A DNA stretch of 64,000 nucleotides from NCBI GenBank assembly GCA_965237675.1, contig OZ250150.1:1792001-1856000 (forward strand). The letters are read 5' to 3'. Positions 56,221 through 64,000 of the stretch are shown here, piece by piece. This DNA comes from Candidatus Latescibacterota bacterium (lineage in GTDB: Bacteria; Latescibacterota; UBA2968; GCA-2709665). The first letter of the stretch is position 1. Every line of letters begins with the position of its first letter. The notes beneath the pieces are model-generated. The model made no database searches and had not been told where the DNA came from. It saw nothing but the letters and a program-made list of their open reading frames with translations. A program made the translations under genes and the position numbers.

Positions 56221-58200
56221 ATGGCGCAGAGATCCGCACCTCGATCAGAATCCGAGTCCCGGGTCGCACATCGGTCCGACGCGGTGACGCTTCGCGCCGT
56301 CGCCATCGGCCTGTTGCTGGTTCTTGTCGTCAATTTCTGGATTTCCACGACCGAATACGTCATCCACGCCTCGCGGATGCAACTCTCCTTCTTCCCCCTG
56401 GCCCTCTTCGCCACCTTCCTCGTGCTGGTCATCGTCAACGGCGTCATCCGCCGCCTCCGGCCGCACAGCGCCCTCCAATCGTCCGAACTGCTCACCATCC
56501 TGGCCATGGGGTTCGTGGGCGCCGTGGTGCCCACGTCAGGCATCACGGGCTTTCTTCTGGGCATTCTTTCGGGCGTCTACTATTTCGCCACGCCGGAGAA
56601 TCAGTGGGCCAACTATCTGCATCCCAACATGCCCGAGTGGGCCGTGCCCTCCAACGAAAACAACGCGATGACCTGGTTTTACGAGGGTCTGCCCGACGGT
56701 CAGCAGGCGCCTTACCATGCATGGATTTCTCCCCTCATCTGCTGGATTTTCTTTCTGCTCGCCCTTTGCACGCTCCTTTTCTGCATTGCCGTTATTCTCC
56801 GCAAGCAATGGGTGCGGAATGAGCGCCTGGTCTTTCCGCTTGCTTCTGTCGGCGCCACGCTGACGCGAGCGACCCGCGGCGGTTTCCTGCCCGATGCCCT
56901 TCGCGGCGGCCTCTTCTGGGGCGGCTTCGGGGTCGGCTTCGGTACCATCGCCTGGAACGTCCTCAGCTACTTCTGGCCTTTGGTGCCCAGAATTCCCGTC
57001 CAGGGGAAATGGGTCGTCTTTGCGAAGGGATTTCCGCGTGTCAACACCCGCATCAACTTCCTGACAGCGGGATTCGCGTATTTCGCCAACCTGAATATCC
57101 TCTTCTCCATCTGGGTCTTCTTCGTTCTCTTTTTCTGGTTCGAAAACGGTATCATCAACCGCATCGGATACGTTATCCCGCGCAAGCCGCTCAACTTCTC
57201 CGCGGAGACCGAAGTCACGGCCTGGCAGGGCTTCGGCGCCCTGACGGTGCTGGTGCTGTGGAACCTCTGGACCGCCCGGACCCATATCAGGGCCGTTTTC
57301 GCCCGGGCGTTCGGGAAAGGTGATGCCGACGATGCCGGCGAACTGCTCTCCTATCGGTTCGCCGTGTTCGGACTCATCGGCAGCCTTGTGTTCGTGTGTG
57401 CCTTTTTTGCCCAGTTGGGTATGCAGGGCAAACTCATCGCGCTGCTCGTGCCCGCCCTGATCGTCAACTACCTCTCAATAGCCCGTATCGTTTCCGAAAC
57501 CGGCCTGGCCTACATGCGTACGACGTTGACCGAACAGTACGCCGCCCTATACACGATCGGCACCACCGCCCTTTCGTCCGCCAGCATGTCCGGCCTCAGC
57601 CTCACGTACAGCCTCGTCTGCCAGGGCAAAGGCACGTTCATGTCTCCCTTTGTGCACGTGGCCCGACTCGCGGACCTCATCCGCCGGAATCGTCGACGGC
57701 TTGTCCCTGCCCTGGCCCTGGTCGTGCTCGTGGGGCTCGCGGCCGACTTCGCCCTCACCATCCACCTCGGCTACCGGACCGGCGCATTCAATTTCAACGC
57801 GTGGCCCTTCTCCAGCGCCGGCCGCTTCGCCTACGACCTTACCGTTACCCAGATGCGGAGCCCCTTCGATATCAGTTGGGAGCGCCTGGCCGTCTTCTGC
57901 GTGGGCGCCGCCGCGATGTCGCTGCTTACCTTTTTACATTACCGCCTGCCGTGGTGGCCCTTTCATCCTATCGCCTTTCCCATTGCTTTCTCCTGGAACA
58001 CCCAGCTCACCTTCTTTTCGATTTTTGTCGTCTGGGCCGTCAAGGCCATTCTGCTCAAGGTCGGCGGCGTCAACCTCTACCGAAAGTGGCAGCCCGCCTT
58101 CCTGGGCCTGCTGACGGGCTATGTCCTGGCCATCACGTTCTCCTTCCTCGTGGACGCCATCTGGTTCCCCGGCCAGGGACACGGCGTGCACAATTACTAG
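56221..58200 (+). CDS. DUF6785/DUF6784-like membrane protein C
   Basis: Third paralogue: YFATPENQW, LRKQW, WWPFHPI, GQGHGVH. Confidence 0.7.
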   Translation: MAQRSAPRSESESRVAHRSDAVTLRAVAIGLLLVLVVNFWISTTEYVIHASRMQLSFFPLALFATFLVLVIVNGVIRRLRPHSALQSSELLTILAMGFVGAVVPTSGITGFLLGILSGVYYFATPENQWANYLHPNMPEWAVPSNENNAMTWFYEGLPDGQQAPYHAWISPLICWIFFLLALCTLLFCIAVILRKQWVRNERLVFPLASVGATLTRATRGGFLPDALRGGLFWGGFGVGFGTIAWNVLSYFWPLVPRIPVQGKWVVFAKGFPRVNTRINFLTAGFAYFANLNILFSIWVFFVLFFWFENGIINRIGYVIPRKPLNFSAETEVTAWQGFGALTVLVLWNLWTARTHIRAVFARAFGKGDADDAGELLSYRFAVFGLIGSLVFVCAFFAQLGMQGKLIALLVPALIVNYLSIARIVSETGLAYMRTTLTEQYAALYTIGTTALSSASMSGLSLTYSLVCQGKGTFMSPFVHVARLADLIRRNRRRLVPALALVVLVGLAADFALTIHLGYRTGAFNFNAWPFSSAGRFAYDLTVTQMRSPFDISWERLAVFCVGAAAMSLLTFLHYRLPWWPFHPIAFPIAFSWNTQLTFFSIFVVWAVKAILLKVGGVNLYRKWQPAFLGLLTGYVLAITFSFLVDAIWFPGQGHGVHNY

Positions 58201-58339
58201 GCGCTTTAAGTCAAGAACGGGAACTTACATGGATGGACAGGATGGACAGGACAAAAACACAAGGACTGGAATACTCCCTATTTATGCTAACGCGATGATT
58301 TCGCCCGCCCCGGGCCGCAATCATCACGTTGACCGACCC

Positions 58340-58816
58340 GATTCCATATTCTTATGGATTGTCGCTCCATTCTACGCTTTCATTATTGAGAATCGACCGA
58401 TTATACAATAATGCCACCGCTTAAATCACACTTTGCCATGGTTCTATTCTATTTATATGCATTCTCGGTGGGGGCAAACGGTAGGGAAAATGGTCACGAA
58501 AGTAAAAGTTGTAGATGTCCGAACTGAAGAGCCTATAATCTTTCGCCAAGCCTTTCTTCGGGATGCGGTCCCGATATTTATTCTGCTTCCGCTACATACC
58601 TATTCGCTCTATCAATTAATAGCCGTTTGGAAATATTGCGTGCCTCAGCAAAGTCCGGATTTTATTTTTTCAATTTGGGCGGAAATGTGGACGACTATTA
58701 TTGTGTTTGGTTGGTGGATTGCTGAGATTATCACCATGCTCACGAATGAAAAACGTCGGGCCATTCACGATTATATTGCCGGCACGGTTGTGGTGCGGAC
58801 GAATATTGAGGCTTGA
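58340..58816 (+). pseudogene. RDD family protein, truncated with in-frame stop
   Basis: GQTVGK, AFLR, RAIHDYIAGTVVV; the upstream DSIFLWIV segment is in the same frame but separated by TAA at 58409. Confidence 0.65.
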
Positions 58817-58837
58817 GTATTAATTTTTGGAGGGCTT

Positions 58838-59392
58838 GTGCGGAGACTTATTCTCTTTCTATTGATAGGGTCGAGTGGTTGCGCCTCGACGAACAACGTC
58901 GGCATTTGGCACCTAAATCGCAACCGGGCGCCATTCGAAGGTGTAACGCTATTGGAAAAAAGAGGGGAAATTTCGATTGATTTTCGGGAGCGGTACTATA
59001 TGACGGGAACCATTGTACAGAGTACCTTACTCATATCACCCAAGATTGTAGCGATCGATTTTCCGCAACCTCGGCAAAGAATACGTGAACGAGATCTGGC
59101 TTTTAGGATGCAAGGAAAGATAATTGGGAACGATAGGATTTGTGTTGTGCCTGGTTTGACGATAGATAATTTCAAGAACAGAAGTATATTGTTGATACCA
59201 CATAACTACTTGAAACGTATACTGCAGGATATTCGTTCCAATGAATATCAAACCCTTTACATTTACCTGGGTAAATTTCCAAATGTACCACCGGATAATC
59301 TCCGAGCCTTCGCTAATCTAATGGTGAATTGGGCGTTTAAATTTGATCTGACCGGAGGTCGTGAGGCGATTAGAATATTTAAGGAACAATAG
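58838..59392 (+). CDS. Hypothetical lipoprotein
   Basis: GGAGG RBS, GTG start, MRRLILFLLIGSSGC lipobox-like signal; low GC. Confidence 0.6.
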   Translation: MRRLILFLLIGSSGCASTNNVGIWHLNRNRAPFEGVTLLEKRGEISIDFRERYYMTGTIVQSTLLISPKIVAIDFPQPRQRIRERDLAFRMQGKIIGNDRICVVPGLTIDNFKNRSILLIPHNYLKRILQDIRSNEYQTLYIYLGKFPNVPPDNLRAFANLMVNWAFKFDLTGGREAIRIFKEQ

Positions 59393-59409
59393 ATAAATGG
59401 GGAGTCGAA

Positions 59410-59994
59410 ATGCAACTATCTATTCTAGGCGCTTTGCTCGGGACCGGACTCTTCGTTGGTGGGTTTGTTTATCACGATGTACAATTTTACGAATTTCGTA
59501 AGGCAGATGCAGTAAGGGTCAGTCCCAATGGGTATGTGATGTTCGAATCCTCAAATCAAGAAGAAAATGCCTATGCTATAGGTATGGCCGGAGCCGCCGT
59601 CTTAACACTTTCTTTGAAACATATTTGGGACTCCCGAAAGAATAAATCATCCCATCAAGCATATAGTAAATTTCGTAAGACCTTGGATCTATTGTTAGGT
59701 ACTGGTTTTCTTATAGGCGGTATAGGCGCACACGATAAACATTGGGACAGAGATAGTCCTCGATGGTCGTCTAGAAATGCAGATGATCCTGATAGTGAAT
59801 GGAGAATGTATCAAAAAGCAGGCAATGTTGAAGAACATTTCGGCTTCGCCCTGGGTGCGCTTGGTGCTGTATGGCTCACCGCTTCTGTAAAACACGCTTG
59901 GGATCTTCGAGGCCGTGAGCAGGTGGATCTCAATGAGACTTTTCGCGATTTTCAATTACAACTGCACGATCGGGAGTTGTTTCTGAGGAAGTAA
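59410..59994 (+). CDS. Hypothetical membrane protein with a two-fold internal repeat
   Basis: Two units of LLGTG...GG...HD...EE...A.G..GA..LT.S.KH.WD.R. Confidence 0.65.
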   Translation: MQLSILGALLGTGLFVGGFVYHDVQFYEFRKADAVRVSPNGYVMFESSNQEENAYAIGMAGAAVLTLSLKHIWDSRKNKSSHQAYSKFRKTLDLLLGTGFLIGGIGAHDKHWDRDSPRWSSRNADDPDSEWRMYQKAGNVEEHFGFALGALGAVWLTASVKHAWDLRGREQVDLNETFRDFQLQLHDRELFLRK

Positions 59995-60002
59995 GTGGAA
60001 GA

Positions 60003-60026
60003 CCCAGGGCTTGATCAAGCCCTGGG
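60003..60026. repeat. Perfect 24-bp palindrome
   Basis: cccagggcttga|tcaagccctggg. Confidence 0.8.
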
Positions 60027-60451
60027 CCAAAGTACGGCTCGACGGCAGGACGTACAACCCGGTGGTCTTGTGATCGGGAGTCCTCCGGGATAGGGCAATT
60101 ATCCATTCCAAAACAGGAGAGCAGTCGTGGATATGGGACACGAGGTTGCGTTGTAATTTTAAGTGCGTCGCCACCCCCTTGTTTTTTCGACACTTACTCT
60201 ATTATTACTGAGCCCTCCTCCACTTACAGCTACCCAACGGCCTAATATTTCCTGATAGCTACTTGTTTTAGGGCCCCGGCTGGGAAGGGAAAAGCGAAAA
60301 TCAACAGCTGCTGTCAAGGGTCGGGGATACACTGCGCCAGGAATGGTGGTCGGAGGTCGGTGGTACGGGGGGAGTGACCGTAGCCAGGATGGGTGGGGGC
60401 CTTTCGTGAATTATTCAAGTCAGGCGCGATGAATTCTTGACGTCACGTGGT

Positions 60452-60486
60452 AAAAAAAGGCCGGCGAACGTCTCGTCGGCCCTTTT
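60452..60486 (-). terminator. Intrinsic terminator downstream of the GWxTD genes
   Basis: Minus strand: ggccgacga-gacgt-tcgccggcc followed by a T run. Confidence 0.7.
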
Positions 60487-60599
60487 CGAATCCCCGTTGT
60501 CGGGCGAAACTCGCGCGCGATTGTCCGAGGCGGCCCGTTAACCGGTGGATGCGCCGCTTGCTTGTATCTCTACACTCATTGTTGTTGTGGACGATAGAT

Positions 60600-62645
60600 T
60601 CACGGCATCACCCGAAATACCGCCTCGCTCGCCGTCTCGCTCGCCGTCTCGCTCTCCGCCTGCAGATCCTCCACGACCACCCTGAACGCCCAGGGTCCGG
60701 GCGCCGAACCCTCCATATCCAGGGTGAGATAGTGCGGCTGCCAGTCCCGCGTTTCCGTGTATGAGTTGGTCACGGCGGTCGTCCACTGTGGAATCGCCAC
60801 GTCCTTTTCGGTCCACTTTTCAGGAAGGAGGCGGGTCTGGTAAGTTATCCGGTACCTTGCGGCGCCGAACTCATCCCGCTTGAAATTGTAGACCTCGAAA
60901 TAGAACGACATACTGCCGTCCCGCTGGCACTGCTTCAACGGATTGGGCAACACCATAAACCGATCCCGGCCAAACGGGCGATCATCCTGTTCGACAACCC
61001 GTTGGGCCAGCAGCAAGTCGCTTATCTCCAGTCTGTCCTTCCCGTACCGGCTGATCTGCAGTGAATCTCGAAGGGTGCCTAGACTCTGTTTGTTCAGATC
61101 CTCCGTCTCGACTGCCAGATGGTACGTCCCCGGATCCACAGATAGCCGCTCGCCCCAGAAGAGGTACCCATCCCGCACCGCATTGCCTTCGATCCAGGGC
61201 ATTCTGCGAATCGGAGAAATAGTCTTTTCGACTTCCTGCCAACCTGCGTCAAACAGAAACAGTCCCTGCATGAGATCCACCGCCTGTACTCCCGAACTGA
61301 CCTCCCGGTGCGCGACATTTTCGCCGGAAAGCGCATAATACAGTTCCACGCGGGTTTTGCCGTTATCCCCGCGGAACTGTGCGACCTCGAATGGCGCATC
61401 GTACCGTTTCAGCCAGTACGGGTCGTTGTAGTACTCCGGAACCCGAGCCACCAGATCCTTGTACCGGCTTCGCACCGTACCCCGCATCCATACCTCCAGC
61501 ACCTCCCAGTTTTTTTCCCCCAGGCGTTCGAATGTCACACTGAATCCGGGATAACTCCACGTCTCGCGGAGCAACACGTAATTCATTCGATCCAGATAGA
61601 TATTCCGCGCGCCGGGATGTCCATATCGTATGTACACCTGGCCACGGTCCGTCTCCCAGCCCTCGACGCCGCGATCCGGATTGGCATATCTGAGGTTGGC
61701 GTATGCCACCCGCCTGCAGTGTTCCAGCATCCGCTCGTTTCCGGGGGTCAGGAATAACGGATCCCGTCCTGTCCAGAACCGGCGCAGGGACTCGTCGTCC
61801 GGCAGGTCCCCCCCGTCTTTCAATGCCTCGCGGTCCGTCAACACCACCACCGCCTTGATGAACTGCTGTTCGAGCCGGGACATGAGGTCCAGGCCTTCCG
61901 AATAGGCGGCGAAGGCCTTATCCAGATTCTCACGGGTCTGGTAACCCAGTCCCGTGAAGAAATAGGCATCCCAGTCTTCCGGATGGCGTTCCGTATAATC
62001 TTCAAACAACTCCACCAGGCGCGCGGCCATATGTCCTTCCAGGTAGACCTGACCCAGCAGAATCCGAGCGGAACGATGTTCCGCATCCAACTGCAGTGCG
62101 CGGGTCAGATATCCGATCGCCTGGTCCCGCATCCCCCTGCCGTAATCTCCGTAATTGAACCTCCGTTTGCGTTCCAACCCGGACTTCAACGTCTCCCGCT
62201 CCAGATTGTACATCATTTCCCTGGCGGCGTATCGACCGGCCATATAGAGGGCCTCGACGTCATTCGGCGACAGCGCGATTGCCCGGCGGATCTCCTCGTA
62301 GAACTTGTCCCGTGACCCTGCCTGCCAGAATATTTCCGCGTACGTCTTCACGTAAGCCGCGTTCTCCGGCTCCCGCTTCATCGCCCTTTGCACCCACTGC
62401 CTGCCGAACCGCCTGGACAACACGGAGTCGCGGCTCAAATAGTGTCTGGCCAACGCATGCATCGCCCGCCCCGACGGATCGTATCGAACCGCCCTCTCCA
62501 TCAGCGACACGCGTTTCATGTGCGACAGCGAAGAATCCGCCGCCGAGGCCAGAAGGGCAGCGACCTTGTACGGGTCCCGCTTCGCGGCCTCCGTCGGTAC
62601 GGTGGCGCACAGGACGATCGAGATCAATAGCGCAAAACGCAACAT
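60600..62645 (-). CDS. GWxTD domain protein with TPR repeats, secreted
   Basis: Signal peptide MLRFALLISIV..., TPR-like helices, FW...DP, GWETDRGQVYIRYG; 12-bp tandem repeat (ASET) at C-terminus. Confidence 0.88.
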   Translation of the reverse strand: MLRFALLISIVLCATVPTEAAKRDPYKVAALLASAADSSLSHMKRVSLMERAVRYDPSGRAMHALARHYLSRDSVLSRRFGRQWVQRAMKREPENAAYVKTYAEIFWQAGSRDKFYEEIRRAIALSPNDVEALYMAGRYAAREMMYNLERETLKSGLERKRRFNYGDYGRGMRDQAIGYLTRALQLDAEHRSARILLGQVYLEGHMAARLVELFEDYTERHPEDWDAYFFTGLGYQTRENLDKAFAAYSEGLDLMSRLEQQFIKAVVVLTDREALKDGGDLPDDESLRRFWTGRDPLFLTPGNERMLEHCRRVAYANLRYANPDRGVEGWETDRGQVYIRYGHPGARNIYLDRMNYVLLRETWSYPGFSVTFERLGEKNWEVLEVWMRGTVRSRYKDLVARVPEYYNDPYWLKRYDAPFEVAQFRGDNGKTRVELYYALSGENVAHREVSSGVQAVDLMQGLFLFDAGWQEVEKTISPIRRMPWIEGNAVRDGYLFWGERLSVDPGTYHLAVETEDLNKQSLGTLRDSLQISRYGKDRLEISDLLLAQRVVEQDDRPFGRDRFMVLPNPLKQCQRDGSMSFYFEVYNFKRDEFGAARYRITYQTRLLPEKWTEKDVAIPQWTTAVTNSYTETRDWQPHYLTLDMEGSAPGPWAFRVVVEDLQAESETASETASEAVFRVMP

Positions 62646-62891
62646 GCAGATCACCACGTAAAATGGCGAAGGTGCGGAACCGGCGAACCGGTCGGAGTCG
62701 CGGATTTCATGCGGCCGGCTTGGACCACCTGCCGATTGACGGCACAAGTCGCGGCGTCCGGTTCCGGTCCGGTGCCCCGTTATGGACGGTTCCGAACCAA
62801 TCCTGAGTTAAATTGTAGACCCTGAGAAGGAATGAAAGGTTCCCCCGGCGTAAATATCGTCCCTGAGACCGATGGGTCGGTTCTTCGCCGG

Positions 62892-64000
62892 CTACCACCG
62901 AACGCGAAAACGCGTTGTCGATTCGGCGGCCGTGCCGGCCAGTGAATCCTCAATGACGACCCGGAACGCGCGCAAGCCGGGCGACGTATCGGCCATATCC
63001 ACCCGCAGATACCGCGGCTCCCAATCCCGAACGCCGCGGTACGTATAAGACACCGCTGTCGTCCACTGGGGCTGCGCCTCCCCCTCGCCGCGCGTCTCCG
63101 GTATCACCTGCGTCTGGTAACCAATCCTGTAATGCGTGGCGCCGAAGGTGTCCCGTGATAAATTGTACACTTCAAAATAAAACCACGCGCTTCCGTTCCG
63201 TGAACACTCCCGCAATGGATTGGGTAGCACCATAAACCGCGCGCGCTCCATTGGCCATTCGTCGCGCTCCACGATCCGGCGCGCCATCAGCAAGCTGCTG
63301 ATCTCCAGCGAATCGCGGCTGAACCGCCTGACCCGCAACCGGTCCCGAAACGTACCCACTTTCTTGTTCGCCTGGTCTTCCGCCTCTCCCGCCAGGTGAT
63401 AATCCCCCGGCGCCAGCGCCAACTGCTCGCTTGCGAGAAGGTATCCCCGCTTGGTGGACACATACTGTATCCATGGCATCCGTCGCACACGGCCGACCTC
63501 TTTCCGCAGCGTATCCCACGCCGCGTCAAACAGGAACATCGCCTGGACCACATCCACTGCTCTCACCCCGGGCCCGACCTCTTCATGCGCGACCTGGTCG
63601 CCGGGAAGCGCGTAATACACCTCCACGCTTGTCTTCTCTTCATCGCGCCGGAATTGCGCAATCTGGTAAGGCACGCTGTACTGATACGGATAGCGGTAGT
63701 AATCCGGGATCGCCTTTACAAGTTCGTTGAAATTCAGCGTGCGGCCACCCAGCTTCGACCGGCCGAACCGCCAGGAATCCCAGGAATTCGTATTCAGGAA
63801 TGAAACCTCGAATCCCTCATACGTCCAGGTATCCTTTCGAGGTTGGAAGTCGAAGATCATCCCGGTCGGGCCTACCTTGCCCTGTCTCCTCAGCTCCGCC
63901 TCCTCGGCGAACGTCCGTGTCAAACCCAGATCGATGTCCGCCGGCGTCATCTGGCGCGCCAGCGGATCGCCATATCGGATATACGCCTGTCCCCGGTCCG
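62892..64000 (-). CDS. GWxTD domain protein (5' part beyond window)
   Basis: Frame open to window end with DRGQAYIRYG; C-terminal half paralogous to the neighbour (AQFR, YFEVYN, QWTTAV). Confidence 0.85.
   Translation of the reverse strand, partial: DRGQAYIRYGDPLARQMTPADIDLGLTRTFAEEAELRRQGKVGPTGMIFDFQPRKDTWTYEGFEVSFLNTNSWDSWRFGRSKLGGRTLNFNELVKAIPDYYRYPYQYSVPYQIAQFRRDEEKTSVEVYYALPGDQVAHEEVGPGVRAVDVVQAMFLFDAAWDTLRKEVGRVRRMPWIQYVSTKRGYLLASEQLALAPGDYHLAGEAEDQANKKVGTFRDRLRVRRFSRDSLEISSLLMARRIVERDEWPMERARFMVLPNPLRECSRNGSAWFYFEVYNLSRDTFGATHYRIGYQTQVIPETRGEGEAQPQWTTAVSYTYRGVRDWEPRYLRVDMADTSPGLRAFRVVIEDSLAGTAAESTTRFRVRW

Noticed and set aside
60300-60600. Possible ncRNA or small peptide (MSVEIQASGASTG) downstream of GWxTD
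   Set aside because: No recognisable RNA family structure or RBS; only the terminator is supportable without an Rfam search.

Overview
High-GC bacterial window. The host may be a Latescibacterota/Gemmatimonadota-like FCB lineage; this is inferred only from the GWxTD, DUF6785-like and PhyH gene content. There are three parts. (1) 1-16.3 kb is a defence island built on a DUF1156 methylase ... DUF488 - Swt1/DUF499 ATPase 'restriction-like' scaffold. It appears to hold two stacked cargo cassettes, each bounded by the same anchors: a 37-bp piece of the methylase 3' end on the left and a DUF488 gene on the right. Cassette A is a CD-NTase/E2/patatin CBASS plus a divergent Xre-ImmA regulator. Cassette B is an ABC-ATPase/DUF3226 pair, a DUF6615-like nuclease and an AlbA_2 protein. 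(2) 16.4-58.2 kb is a ~42-kb catabolic locus with no SusC/D. It has six ~1100-1220 aa signal-less heparinase-II/III-like + beta-propeller paralogues, a secreted heparinase-II/III-like protein, a beta-helix/PKD protein, an HxG-motif PhyH-fold oxygenase, three DUF6785-like membrane proteins, a sugar ABC transporter, uxuA and a nitrilase. It also carries CTAG-site MITEs and a TA module inside a segmental duplication. (3) 58.2-64 kb is a low-GC islet followed by two GWxTD proteins. I saw no rRNA, tRNA, CRISPR array, integrase or transposase. All family calls come from motif recognition by eye, not database searches.
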